64,000 nucleotides of DNA from an uncultured archaeon. Lineage in GTDB: Archaea; Asgardarchaeota; Hermodarchaeia; Hermodarchaeales; Hermodarchaeaceae. Location of the stretch: positions 128,001-192,000 of the forward strand of contig CAYFXC010000001.1 in assembly GCA_964347045.1 (NCBI GenBank). The letters are read 5' to 3'. Shown here one piece after another: positions 9,029-19,617 of the stretch. The notes beneath the pieces are model-generated. The model saw only the letters and a program-made list of their open reading frames with translations. It ran no database searches and had not been told where the DNA came from. Position 1 is the first letter of the stretch. The number at the start of each line of letters is the position of its first letter. Made by a program: the position numbers and the translations under genes.

Positions 9029-10804
9029 TTGCTGTATCGTGAGCTTTGTCTGTATTACAATCAGCTAGAAAACACCACCAAACGGCTAGAAATGATTGAC
9101 ATCCTAGCCAGCCTTCTAACGAAACTAGCTGACACGGTTAGCGCAGAAACTTTAGGACGAGTTGTTTATTTAACACAAGGTAAACTCTATCCCGATTGGA
9201 CAGGACTACCCGAAATTGGGATAGCAGAAAAAATGGCTATTAATGCAATTGCAATAGCCTTGGGGATAAGCAATAAACAGGTAATTAAAACTGTTAACGC
9301 AACCGGAGATATCGGAATCGCTTGTGAGCAATTGTTAAAAGCAAAACAGCAAACCGCGCTTTTCCAAAGACCTCTCTCTATCCAACATGTCTATGAATCC
9401 TTGGTTAAAATCGCATCAGCAAAAGGTTCAGGAAGTGCTGATTTTAAAATCCGCACCTTAGCAGGCTTAATTAATGCTGCTGTCCCTCTTGAAGCACGAT
9501 ATTTACTTCGAACCGTTACCGGGAGTTTAAGACTAGGTATTGCAGAAATGACTGTCATCGACGCGCTTGCTTTAGCTTTTGCTGGTGGAAAACAATACCG
9601 GGACACAATAGAGCGTGCCTATAACATATCAAGTGATTTGGGATATATCGCAGGGCTTATCGCATACGAGGGGTTTCAAAGTATAGAGAATGTAAAAGTT
9701 ACAGTGGGAAAACCAATTCGCATGATGGCGGCTCAAAAACTTTCGACCCCAGATGAAATCATTGAAAAATTGGAAGGTAAACTTGCAAGTGAATGGAAGA
9801 TCGATGGAGAGCGAATGCAGATTCATAAAGACCATGAAAAAGTAATAATATTTTCTCGACGGCTCGAACAAATTACATCTATGTATCCGGATATTGTTCG
9901 CATCGCAAAAACGAAACTAAAAGCGGAACAGTGTATTGTGGAAGGTGAGGCAGTAGCAGTCGATAAGAAAGACCCTCAGAAACTATTACCCTTCCAAGTT
10001 CTTATGCGGCGGCGACGAAAATATAAAATCGATGAAATGGTCAAACAAATTCCAATTGCAATATTCTTTTTTGACTGTTTATTTGAAAACGGCAATGACC
10101 TCACCCAGCAACCATATCTGCTTCGTCGAAACCAACTTGAGCAAATTGTTACCCCAAGTGAGAATGCACGTCTGGTTCCTGCACAAAGACACTCTACCAC
10201 CTCTGAAATCAATTCCATGTTTCGCGAATCAATTGATCATGGTGGGGAAGGTCTAATCGTGAAATCCACAAGTTCAGATTCAATATATCGTGCAGGAGCT
10301 CGGAGTTGGCTTTGGGTGAAACTCAAAGAATCATATCAAGCTCAGGCAATAGGACCTATTGACCTTGTAGTTGTTGGAGCCTTCTGGGGTAGGGGTCGCC
10401 GTGCAAAGACTTATGGCGCCCTTCTGGCTGCTGTACGCGATGAGGAAAGTGGTGAATTCAAAACCGTGTGCAAGGTAGGATCTGGTTTCAGTGATGAAGA
10501 ACTAGAACAATTACCCAAACGACTTGAACCACACTTACTTGGACACAAGGATGCATTAGTTGATTCAAAAATGAAAGCTGACGTGTGGTTCAAACCAGCT
10601 TTAGTGTTTCAGGTAGTTGGTGATGAAATAACACGAAGCCCAATACACACCTGTGCTTTTAACCAAGTTGCCCCAAATGAAGGATTAGCTATCCGCTTTC
10701 CTCGATTTGATGGCACTTGGCGAGACGACAAATCTCCTGAAGAGGCGACATCTACTGAGGATATCATCACAGCTTATGAGGCTCAGAAAAAAATCACAAA
10801 ATAA
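9029..10804 (+). CDS. lig: ATP-dependent DNA ligase
   Basis: EWKIDGERMQIH (motif I), EGEAV, FFFDCL, EGLIVK, WVKLK, IRFPRF. Confidence 0.97.
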   Translation: MLYRELCLYYNQLENTTKRLEMIDILASLLTKLADTVSAETLGRVVYLTQGKLYPDWTGLPEIGIAEKMAINAIAIALGISNKQVIKTVNATGDIGIACEQLLKAKQQTALFQRPLSIQHVYESLVKIASAKGSGSADFKIRTLAGLINAAVPLEARYLLRTVTGSLRLGIAEMTVIDALALAFAGGKQYRDTIERAYNISSDLGYIAGLIAYEGFQSIENVKVTVGKPIRMMAAQKLSTPDEIIEKLEGKLASEWKIDGERMQIHKDHEKVIIFSRRLEQITSMYPDIVRIAKTKLKAEQCIVEGEAVAVDKKDPQKLLPFQVLMRRRRKYKIDEMVKQIPIAIFFFDCLFENGNDLTQQPYLLRRNQLEQIVTPSENARLVPAQRHSTTSEINSMFRESIDHGGEGLIVKSTSSDSIYRAGARSWLWVKLKESYQAQAIGPIDLVVVGAFWGRGRRAKTYGALLAAVRDEESGEFKTVCKVGSGFSDEELEQLPKRLEPHLLGHKDALVDSKMKADVWFKPALVFQVVGDEITRSPIHTCAFNQVAPNEGLAIRFPRFDGTWRDDKSPEEATSTEDIITAYEAQKKITK

Positions 10805-10811
10805 GCAGTAA

Positions 10812-11090
10812 TCACCTTAATGCAGCTAATACTGACTGTGAATCCATTCCCTCAATGAGCAGAATCTTTGTTGATTTTTTTTCACCTGAAATGATTCGAA
10901 TACAATGACGTGGAATTCTTAGCTTATTTGCTATGAGTTTTATAACTTCGATGTTTGCTTGACTACGCGTTGGTGCTGCTTTTACATAAACACTGCAAAC
11001 ACTTTCTCCTTCAAGTAAAATTGCCTGCTTTTTCGAACGCGGCTTCACACGAATTCTTAGTAAGGTTCCCTTATTATGCGACTCTAACAT
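10812..11090 (-). CDS. DUF167/UPF0235 family protein
   Basis: IRVKPRSKK, VKAAPTRSQAN, IISGEKKSTK; ATG at 11090 preferred over overlapping 11201. Confidence 0.85.
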   Translation of the reverse strand: MLESHNKGTLLRIRVKPRSKKQAILLEGESVCSVYVKAAPTRSQANIEVIKLIANKLRIPRHCIRIISGEKKSTKILLIEGMDSQSVLAALR

Positions 11091-11179
11091 AGCTATCTGC
11101 CAGAACCTTTTAGTAAGCGATTTCAAAAATGTCTTATTAAACCATCTGTAATCTGGCAGTGAGAGGTGTAGGCACAAAA

Positions 11180-11551
11180 ATGTCTGATAATATTCAAGCA
11201 TGGGTCAACTACATGCAACAAGTCGATAATACAATAATGGCTGTTTCTGTTGTTAGAAGTGATGGAACTGTGCTTTTCACGACACCAAACTGGACGGTCC
11301 CGGGGGCTGAAATCCTTTCAGCCATTCAGAGCAAACCTCCTAGTATAACGATTCAAGGGGTGAAGTATAGCACTATCCAAGCCACTGATCATCACCTAGT
11401 AGCCACTAATGTTCGTGGTCAAGGATCAATTGTTATCACTGCCGCGCGTGACAAGGGCTATGTTATAGCTTATGTTTCTCCTCAAGGCGATGTACAAGGC
11501 GCTTACATCGAAATTGCAAAAGCATCAGCCAATATCGGAGGATTCATGTGA
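11180..11551 (+). CDS. Profilin (Asgard type)
   Basis: N-terminal WVNY helix, TPNW, SITIQGVKYSTIQ, LVATNVRGQGSIV; 123 aa; GAGGTG SD upstream of ATG 11180. Confidence 0.85.
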   Translation: MSDNIQAWVNYMQQVDNTIMAVSVVRSDGTVLFTTPNWTVPGAEILSAIQSKPPSITIQGVKYSTIQATDHHLVATNVRGQGSIVITAARDKGYVIAYVSPQGDVQGAYIEIAKASANIGGFM

Positions 11552-11617
11552 TAACCCCCTCAACTTTCTCTGTATATCCACTTAAAATCACAGGACAATT
11601 AACACTATGTACGGGGA

Positions 11618-12064
11618 GTGTGTATTTCCATCAATCCGTCTTCGCGTTCAAAAAAACCTTCTCCAAAACCGCAAGGAAACGATGAAACACAAAATGAACA
11701 ATGGATGCTAGATCTTCGGCGAAAACGAGATCTTCAGATAACGGGCAAGCCGAAACCTACGCAAAATCGAAACCTCGAAGGGTTGAAACAGATTCTTCTC
11801 TCCGAAGGCTTCAAAATTCGTGGTAATCGAATGGTCATCCAACGAGAAGAGGCAACCTTCGAAGTCGATTTAAAAATGGGGCACGTATACGCTTTGAAAG
11901 AAGGCAAAGAGCCTCTTGTTCTATGTGTTACACTTGAATCAACTCCTTGGGCTAATATTGATGATCTCTCAGATTTTGATTTGTTCATTCTTTCAGTTAT
12001 CTACCTTCTAGCCCGTGAGCCTTTACCTCAAAGCATCACTGGACAAATTACCAACGAATCTTGA
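11618..12064 (+). CDS. Hypothetical protein
   Basis: 148-aa ORF with GGGGAG upstream; see findings for weak domain resemblance. Confidence 0.6.
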   Translation: MCISINPSSRSKKPSPKPQGNDETQNEQWMLDLRRKRDLQITGKPKPTQNRNLEGLKQILLSEGFKIRGNRMVIQREEATFEVDLKMGHVYALKEGKEPLVLCVTLESTPWANIDDLSDFDLFILSVIYLLAREPLPQSITGQITNES

Positions 12065-12175
12065 GCGTCTGTTTTTAATAGGTACTATATACTTTTCATC
12101 CAAAAAAAGCAAGAAACGCGGAAACACTTATAGCCATGAAATATTGAATCGGCAATCCCCGTGGAGGGATACTTT

Positions 12176-13180
12176 ATGGCTGTAAAAGTTGCCATCAATG
12201 GTCTTGGCCGAATCGGTCGAAACTTCCTTCGTGGAGTCATCCACGCCAAAGACGTTGAACTCGTTGCTGCCAACGATTTAGGCGATTCTCAAATTTTGTC
12301 CCATCTCTTGCGTTATGACTCAATATATGGACGATACAACGGTTCAATCGAAACTGCCAAAGAAGAACTAATCGTCGATAATCACTCGATTAAACTATTC
12401 CAAGAACGAGATCCTTCGAAGCTCCCATGGAAACAATTGGGTATTGATATCGCTATCGAAGCCACTGGTGTTTTTCGGGATCGCGACAAAGCCGCTTTAC
12501 ACCTTCAAGCGGGTGCACAAAAAGTCATCATCTCAGCACCTGGAAAAGGCGAGGATGCTATGTTTGTCCTAGGGGTCAATGACAATACCTATGATCCAAC
12601 CAAACACCATATCATCTCAAATGCGTCCTGTACAACAAACTGTTTCGCTCCAATTATCAAAGTTCTACTCGAAAATTTTGGGATTAAGCATGGCTTCATG
12701 TCAACCATCCACGGTTACACATTAGGCCAAAATCTTCTTGATGCTATCCACAAGGATTATAGACGCGCTCGTGCCGCCGCCCTAAACATCATTCCCACTA
12801 CTACTGGAGCAGCGAATGCGATAATTCGTCTCTTTCCACAACTCAAAGGCAAAATGGCTGCCATGTCCTATCGTATACCAGTTCCCGACGGCTCAATAAT
12901 TGATCTTAGCGTTGAACTTGAAAAATCAACTACAAAAGATGAAATAAACCAGATTTTCCGTAAAGCTGCCAATACCCACCTTAAAGGAATTCTACAATAT
13001 AATGAAGACCCAATCGTATCAACCGACATCATTGGAAATACTCATTCTTCAATTTTTGATAGTGATCTTACGGCGATTCTTGACAACAACTTCGCCCATG
13101 TTGTTTCTTGGTATGATAACGAAGCGGGATTCAGTACACGATTAATTGAGCTAACTCAACTGGTAGCCTCTAAATTATAA
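12176..13180 (+). CDS. gap: Glyceraldehyde-3-phosphate dehydrogenase, class I (bacterial/eukaryotic type)
   Basis: INGLGRIGR, SNASCTTNCFAP, NIIPTTTGAA, SWYDNEAGFS. Confidence 0.96.
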   Translation: MAVKVAINGLGRIGRNFLRGVIHAKDVELVAANDLGDSQILSHLLRYDSIYGRYNGSIETAKEELIVDNHSIKLFQERDPSKLPWKQLGIDIAIEATGVFRDRDKAALHLQAGAQKVIISAPGKGEDAMFVLGVNDNTYDPTKHHIISNASCTTNCFAPIIKVLLENFGIKHGFMSTIHGYTLGQNLLDAIHKDYRRARAAALNIIPTTTGAANAIIRLFPQLKGKMAAMSYRIPVPDGSIIDLSVELEKSTTKDEINQIFRKAANTHLKGILQYNEDPIVSTDIIGNTHSSIFDSDLTAILDNNFAHVVSWYDNEAGFSTRLIELTQLVASKL

Positions 13181-13194
13181 GAAAGAAAAAGAAC

Positions 13195-13223
13195 CATGGG
13201 GTCTACGTAATGTAGTCCCCATG
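13195..13223. terminator. Inverted repeat between convergent genes (possible terminator hairpin)
   Basis: CATGGGGTCTAC-gtaat-GTAGTCCCCATG, 11/12 paired, between gap and the HTH gene. Confidence 0.45.
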
Positions 13224-13241
13224 ATGCTACTAGGAGCTTCG

Positions 13242-13619
13242 TTACTCTGTATTGGGTTCAGAGAGAAGCTGGATAAGGAGTTGCCCGCCAAATGAAAGAC
13301 AGACTGTGTTTCTTCCATTTTTTGTTGAGCTTTTCTTTAGCAGACCGGCTTTTTTGAGAACATTCAAGTTAAATTTGGTTGTACTGAGCGGCAGCTGCCA
13401 TTTGCGTGCTAAATAGTCTGCAAGAGCGGTCGGAGAGAGGTTCGGATGATAACGAAGCGCTTGCTGTGTCGCAAATAACAGGAATCGTTGCTTATCAGTT
13501 AGCCGTGTCTTGGCAAGCTGAGCGAAAGTCGAAGCTAGATGCTGTAAAAAATGCTCTTGAAGCTGCGTTAAACTCAAATCATCAAAGAAGCTGTCTTTCA
13601 TGGAGGATTTCGCAGCCAA
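13242..13619 (-). CDS. Winged-helix DNA-binding protein (ArsR-like); start uncertain
   Basis: LSPTALADYLARKWQLPLSTTKFNLNVLKKAGLL followed by a beta wing and LSFGG. Confidence 0.7.
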   Translation of the reverse strand: MAAKSSMKDSFFDDLSLTQLQEHFLQHLASTFAQLAKTRLTDKQRFLLFATQQALRYHPNLSPTALADYLARKWQLPLSTTKFNLNVLKKAGLLKKSSTKNGRNTVCLSFGGQLLIQLLSEPNTE

Positions 13620-13778
13620 CCCCGTCTTGACTAGTTGTCATGCATAACACCTCCAAACTCATAAGGATTCGAGTGAAATCCAAGAGGGATTTACTGCGTA
13701 TAAAGTTTTGGTCAAGAAAAATTGTTGGATTTACTTGCGTTTGACTTACTGAACCTCATTTAGTTTGAAATTAAATGG

Positions 13779-15293
13779 TTAATTCCATTCTTGTGGAACT
13801 CTATACTCAAAGCGGGGAATTCGTTCCGAGTCCGATAGCATCTTCAACATTTCTCTTCCATTCACCAAGTCGTAGGGAGTGACAATTCCACCAATTTGTA
13901 AAACACTGCCAATTCTTCGATTTGCACCTGTTAAATCTTCCAAATCACGGAACAATGCAGATTTATTACCTGCCGTTGAACCTGATGGAACACCAAGAAG
14001 TGCAAGGGTTAGAAGAACGGTTGGCCAACCTGTTAGATGTTGCATCGCTGTAAAAGCCTGAGACTCTTCAACTTCAGAATCATCGTGGAGCGCAAGGATT
14101 TCAACTTTAGCGGGCTGGTCTATTGCTGCTGATTGAACCCAAACTCTAAGTAATGCCATATCAGGAAATCCAGCCACTTCGGGGTCATTTATTCTAGCTT
14201 TCCACTTTTGGAGTAAATTTTCAAGGGTTTCTTCCTTTTTCAATCGACTCCAAGTTTGATAATGTGGAATAAATCGTAAGGTTTTATATTCCAAGTTTTT
14301 CACTTTAGAGCGGTAAAGGTCATCAAAGCACATTCGCGAGGTTCCATCGGCGGTTGGTCTTGCTTGAAATCCCTTTAAGTAGAAATTTCCCTTGGATTCT
14401 TCAATGAACTTTTCCTGTACACGATTCTTGAGAATACTTTGAATCTCAACTGATTTCACAAGAAATGGCATCACACCAAATGGAATTGGAGCGAGATCAG
14501 AATCCTCCCAGAATTCTTTTTGGGAAAATGTAGTCGGTGTTATTAGAACTCCATCTCGAATTCCATATGCAACATTTTCATATTCGTATAAAAGACCTTC
14601 AACTGAAAATGTTGGACCATAATGGAGGTTTCCGCCCTTTGTAGTATGTTGGGGTAGCCCTCCTACTCGCATTTGAAGAGAATGTATCATTTCATTTGGG
14701 GTAGCTTTAACAGCTAGCTCATACAAACTTGCGGCAATGATATTAGCTAATCCTGGTGCAAGACCACTTTCGTGAACAATTCGCGAACCACTTTCTTGTT
14801 TTATAATTAATGATTCCATAACACGCTGTTCTTTGACTGATGAAACTCCTTGTCCAAGATCGATATAATCAATACCTAACTCGATCGCCAAAGGGACGTA
14901 GATCTTATGAGCAAAATACGTAGCTGTATTTATTATGATACGAGGCTGCAGTTTGCTTATTGGTCCTCTCATGATTGAGATAATTTTTCTTACTCGCTCT
15001 GGTTGCACTTGAACCTCTTTCATGATTTTTGTCAATTTGGAATAATTGACTGAAGATTCAATTGTGCGGAGCCTTTGAATTTTGGCATTGGTAAAACCAT
15101 TTTCAAGCTCTTGTACACACCTTTGTTCTGCAACTTTATTAGGATCATAAACCCAAAGTTCAAATTGTTCATTTTGCCGTTTTTGCTCTAGGCGAAGCAT
15201 TCGACTGATTCCGCGCCCCATTTGTCCACAGCCGATTATTAGAACACGTGGTTGTGCCATTTTAGACAACTTCATTTTCTGGTTTAATTTCAT
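13779..15293 (-). CDS. Saccharopine dehydrogenase / lysine 6-dehydrogenase-like oxidoreductase
   Basis: IIGCGQMG Rossmann, DYIDLG, ESGLAPGLANI, RVGGLPQ, TFSVEGLLYEY, YKTLR, TAMQHLTGWP. Confidence 0.82.
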   Translation of the reverse strand: MKLNQKMKLSKMAQPRVLIIGCGQMGRGISRMLRLEQKRQNEQFELWVYDPNKVAEQRCVQELENGFTNAKIQRLRTIESSVNYSKLTKIMKEVQVQPERVRKIISIMRGPISKLQPRIIINTATYFAHKIYVPLAIELGIDYIDLGQGVSSVKEQRVMESLIIKQESGSRIVHESGLAPGLANIIAASLYELAVKATPNEMIHSLQMRVGGLPQHTTKGGNLHYGPTFSVEGLLYEYENVAYGIRDGVLITPTTFSQKEFWEDSDLAPIPFGVMPFLVKSVEIQSILKNRVQEKFIEESKGNFYLKGFQARPTADGTSRMCFDDLYRSKVKNLEYKTLRFIPHYQTWSRLKKEETLENLLQKWKARINDPEVAGFPDMALLRVWVQSAAIDQPAKVEILALHDDSEVEESQAFTAMQHLTGWPTVLLTLALLGVPSGSTAGNKSALFRDLEDLTGANRRIGSVLQIGGIVTPYDLVNGREMLKMLSDSERIPRFEYRVPQEWN

Positions 15294-15494
15294 TTCTATA
15301 AAAAATACAAATTAGTATTACTTTGGTCAAAAAAATTGCCCATTTTGTTCATTTTGAAGATTAACAACAGATATTCTAACTCATACGAATACAATGTTTA
15401 TTGTAAAATCTGGAAAAAGGTATTATGACAATTTAGCTATTAGATACAGAACTGATAGGGACCCGAGTTTTGCCTAGGTTGGTGATTACCGTTT

Positions 15495-15737
15495 CTAGTT
15501 TCTTGAAAGCAATCTTCCAAGCTTTCTCAAAATAGTTTCTGGCTTCATTCCATGCTTCAGAACCCCTATCCAAATGAATAATGTCGTAAGAATAGTAATA
15601 AACAAGCCCCAGAGAAGAAACAGCAGAATCGGTAAAAACCAAGTTGCAGCTAATTTTTCGTTGAGTTCAAGCAATAGAATCAATCGAAATCCGACTAGTA
15701 AGATATTATCTAATAAAAAAGGAATGAAAAAAGATTC
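15495..15737 (-). pseudogene. Possible membrane-protein gene fragment
   Basis: Hydrophobic open frame (..WFLPILLFLLWGLFITILTTLFIWIG..) with no ATG, in an AT-rich gap. Confidence 0.3.
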
Positions 15738-15753
15738 CTAAAAAGAGTGAATT

Positions 15754-16317
15754 TTAGGATTCTTCTTTCTTATCTTTTAGCATCACCCAGCCTAAGTATA
15801 CTAGTCCGCCAATGCAAACAGGTAATAAGGCCCACAGAAATGCTGCTATCCATGTGAATATCCAATCATTGAGTGGCCATGTTTGAAAGGTAAGGTTCCA
15901 CCGACCAGTAAACCACACAATGACTAGCCATATCAATGAAACGAAACCCGAAAAACCACCGCTGCCACCAGTTTCTGCACCGCGTCGCGGCCCTTCGTAT
16001 TCTTTTCGTTCTTCTTCTGGAAGTTTTCTATACCATAGAAAAATTGTTATCACGGCTATCGGAATTGCCCAACTTGCCACAAAGGCAAGTTCCCATATTA
16101 TCACAGTTATACAAAATATGAATACAATACCAACGGTCCATAATCCAAGTGTCACCGGCACAAAACCTAGTATTTGTGCATCTACTGCTACCTTGAGAAA
16201 TACCAAAAATGCCACAATTATGGCTACCACGAGATAAACAGCCATCACTATCGTCATTTTCCAATGTCTTTGTAGAAACTTTTTCATTCGCGCTTCGCTT
16301 TGTTCATCAGTTTCCAT
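15754..16317 (-). CDS. Hypothetical integral membrane protein (~4 TM)
   Basis: Several hydrophobic segments; AGGAG SD upstream of ATG. Confidence 0.8.
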   Translation of the reverse strand: METDEQSEARMKKFLQRHWKMTIVMAVYLVVAIIVAFLVFLKVAVDAQILGFVPVTLGLWTVGIVFIFCITVIIWELAFVASWAIPIAVITIFLWYRKLPEEERKEYEGPRRGAETGGSGGFSGFVSLIWLVIVWFTGRWNLTFQTWPLNDWIFTWIAAFLWALLPVCIGGLVYLGWVMLKDKKEES

Positions 16318-16783
16318 AACTTCAGGCTCCTAAAATTGATTAGGTCTGATTACATTCATTGTCTCTTTACTTAAAATTAATCATATTTATAAGAAAAACA
16401 CTTCATCAGGATTTCTTTTTACTCAACTCCGCTTCAGTAGTAGCTGATAATCCTTTTATTCGAATTTCTTTGAAAACTCTATAGGTGAATTGCTCTTGAA
16501 AGATTTCGACTTTGAATATGTTTGTGTACAAGTAAACCATCATAGGAACATTGCTAAGACAATATCCGAATATCAGAAAGAAGGATGGAGGCTTCATACC
16601 TATCAAGCAACAGGCGATCCAAACTGGGTCAACCATTACCTACTTTTCCAACGAGAAATATCTTGGTAAGGTAAAAAAGGGTGAATTGCTTTCCTACACT
16701 TCACCTTCGGTATTGTCACAAAACGTTATTATAACGGATGGAAGCGTTATGGAATTTGATATCATCACTGGGGACGACGATTA

Positions 16784-17968
16784 ATGGTATATCTTGTTGG
16801 TGAAGCCCTCGTAGGTAAAGGAAACGAAATTGCTCATATAGACCTCATCATAGGCGAAAAATCGGGACCAGTTGGAACGGCCTTTGCTCATGGAATGACC
16901 AATGTGTCTCATGGTCATTCGCCATTGTTAGCAGTAATTCGACCGAATCTGCCACCTAAACCGCATACACTCATTATCCCCAAAGTTACTGTGAAAGATA
17001 TGGGTGATGCAGAGAAAATCTTTGGTCCGGCACAAGCAGCAGTAGCGAAAGCCGTGGCTGACGCTTTAGAAGAGGGAATAATTCCAAAGGCAAAAGCGGA
17101 TGAATGGGTAGTCATTTGTAGCGTGTTCATTCACCCCGACGCAAAAGATTACCGAAGGATTTATCATTATAATTATGCTGCGACCAAGCTGTCGATTCAG
17201 CGTGCCCTTTCCAATTATCCCCCGGTGGACAAAATCATGTATGACAAAGATCGAGCAACCCACCCAATCATGGGTTTTCGAGTACCGCGATTATGGCGAC
17301 CACCGTATTTACAAATTGCATTGGATATTCCAAGCCTTGATAAGACAAAGAAGATTATCACAGCCTTACCACGAAGCGATAACATCATTTTAGAGGCGGG
17401 GACCACCCTCATCAAACGCTACGGCACTGCAGTGCTCAGTGACATCCGTGAAGTAGCGAAAGACAAATTCCTTGTTGCTGATCTCAAAACACTAGATGTA
17501 GGAAAGGTTGAAGTCGATTTAGCCTTTGATGAATCCGCCGATGCAGTTGTCGTCGCAGGATTGGCTTCAGTGGATACAATTGATCAATTCATCTATGAAA
17601 CCAACCGGCTTGGGATTTATTCCTTTGTTGATATGATGAACGTAGAAGACCCCATTGTAAAGCTCCAGAGTCTGAAAATGCCACCCAATGTCGTTATTAT
17701 GCATCGGGGAATTGACACAGAGGGTCGTGCAGACCATAAATGGGCCGTCGTAAAGGCTATAAAAACGGCATTCAAAGGCAAACGATTACTAATATCCGTG
17801 GCTGGAGGTATACGTCCAGACAATATTGATGCCGCCCTTAAAGCTAAAGCCGATATCATCGTTGTTGGACGATATATTACGCAATCTCGAGACGTTGAAA
17901 GATCAACTCGGGAATTCCTCACACAGATGCAAGGAGATATCGACTTGTTTAGGGTCCACACCGAGTAG
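16784..17968 (+). CDS. fae-hps: Bifunctional formaldehyde-activating enzyme / 3-hexulose-6-phosphate synthase
   Basis: [31 protein letters not shown] (Fae); [36 protein letters not shown] (Hps). Confidence 0.95.
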   Translation: MVYLVGEALVGKGNEIAHIDLIIGEKSGPVGTAFAHGMTNVSHGHSPLLAVIRPNLPPKPHTLIIPKVTVKDMGDAEKIFGPAQAAVAKAVADALEEGIIPKAKADEWVVICSVFIHPDAKDYRRIYHYNYAATKLSIQRALSNYPPVDKIMYDKDRATHPIMGFRVPRLWRPPYLQIALDIPSLDKTKKIITALPRSDNIILEAGTTLIKRYGTAVLSDIREVAKDKFLVADLKTLDVGKVEVDLAFDESADAVVVAGLASVDTIDQFIYETNRLGIYSFVDMMNVEDPIVKLQSLKMPPNVVIMHRGIDTEGRADHKWAVVKAIKTAFKGKRLLISVAGGIRPDNIDAALKAKADIIVVGRYITQSRDVERSTREFLTQMQGDIDLFRVHTE

Positions 17969-18006
17969 ATCTTTTGAAATAAAGTGAAAAGAATTAGGCG
18001 AGTTCT

Positions 18007-19617
18007 CTATTTTTTCCAACATTTTTTTCTTATGTTATAGTAGATTTTCCATTTGGGATAGGAAAGACCATATTCATCAAAAATTGTTTCAGCGATTTCT
18101 CCGCATGATTTCCCCTTGTTCAAAAGGTTCAATATTATCGTAGAAACACCATCAGGTATTGGTTGTCTTATATTCGTAGCTCTTAACTTAATCATCTCAC
18201 CAACCTTTTCTGCCTTAACCTGGCGTCCGGAGGCATGCAAGAAAAAAGGCAAAGTTATGGCCTTAAGGAGGCTTTCTGCATTAACAATAACTACTTCGAT
18301 TTCGTTTCCGCGCGATATTATTCCGAATTTTTTCAATAGCTTCATAACAAGATGTTTATTTGGTCCGCAGGCATTGCCTAGAACTTGTGATTGGGTACTC
18401 GCATAACCATCACCATCATTAATACTCTGTAGAAACATTAAACGGACTTCATAGGGAGCATCGATTAGCCAGTCAGCTCTAATAGGGTCGTAAGTAGTCA
18501 GTTTCTTTGGTCCCATGCTAAGGCAGCTTCGCATTATCCAAGTAATCAATGGAGAGACCCCAGAAACACACAAATATTCTAATTCAGATTCAGAATAGCT
18601 GAAAGAGATTCCAAGTTGAGAAAGATAGAAGCAAGTAGCTTCGATTACCTGTTTACTCCATTTATACGATTTCGAAAGGCGGAGAGTTATTCCTGTTGAT
18701 GCATGGCTATTATTCGGTTTACTTGCGTCACTTACCATCATTCCTAAAACATAAGCAAAGGCTTGTTCTTTACTTGTGACGCCAAATTGTTCACAAAAAT
18801 AGTGTCTTTCTTCTGTGATTATTGGTGTCAGCAGATCAAGAACTTTACAAATTTGGTTCCAATTAGTAATTTTTACAGGAACCTGTATGAAATTAGTAGG
18901 TTCAAAACCGTGTCCAGCTTTCAATGTTCTTGGTAACCATTTATGTCCAGGTTCAACTTCTTCAGTGGGTATTTGCCGGGCAAGGTTGACTAAATCAGGC
19001 CTTATCTTGTTTAGTAACCATTTTCTCACAAACCCACGATCTTTCCCGATTTCTTTAGCAATATCTGCAATATTTCCTCCCTCTTTGAATAGTTCAATTG
19101 CATGAAAGTATTTTTCAACTTGAGTGAGACGATGTTGATAACCGAATAGCCCAGTTAACTCCTGGAAATGATAATAGGATTTTAGACGACCCATAAGGTC
19201 ATTAATAGAGCAAATACCATTATTTTCCCGATTTATCTCAGTAATTTTAGCAAGAGCTTCGGTCTTAGAAAAGGCATTTTCAAGGAGTTGGTATAAGCGA
19301 GGTCGACGAGCCTTCTTTATATAAGCCGTTATAAGAACCAATTGAGCCTCAAGAGACCTAGTTCTACAGGTTTTCCGGGCAAGATTAGTTAAGTACCCAA
19401 ATCTCAGATGTTTTTTATTTCTTAGCTTTTTTACGAGGTCGAAATGCAGCTCAGCATTTTCAAGTAACCTATGAAACCGTCGATTACGTTTGATACCGGG
19501 GTATTCACTGTCAATAATAAGGTGAAGGTGTTCTTTTTCCTTAATACCAAATTCACCAATACGAGGATGCCAGATCTTAACATTAGCTGAAATTCTGTTT
19601 GTCCCTTCTTTGAAGTA
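18007..19617 (-). mobile_element. Free-standing LAGLIDADG-like endonuclease with HTH repeats (frame open 18007-19617; possibly pseudogenised at 5' end)
   Basis: AFAYVLGMMVSDAS and FLQSINDGDG motifs; HTH IADIAKEIGKDRGFVRKWL; frame extends 92 codons upstream of the ORF-track start. Confidence 0.7.

Noticed and set aside
16406-16784. Short ORFs 16551-16784(+) and 16406-16636(-)
   Set aside because: Mutually overlapping, no motifs, and they cover the probable fae-hps promoter; not supportable as genes
18007-19341. Intein or group I intron host for the LAGLIDADG ORF
   Set aside because: No Cys/Ser-start or His-Asn end splicing blocks, and no interrupted host gene or rRNA flanks
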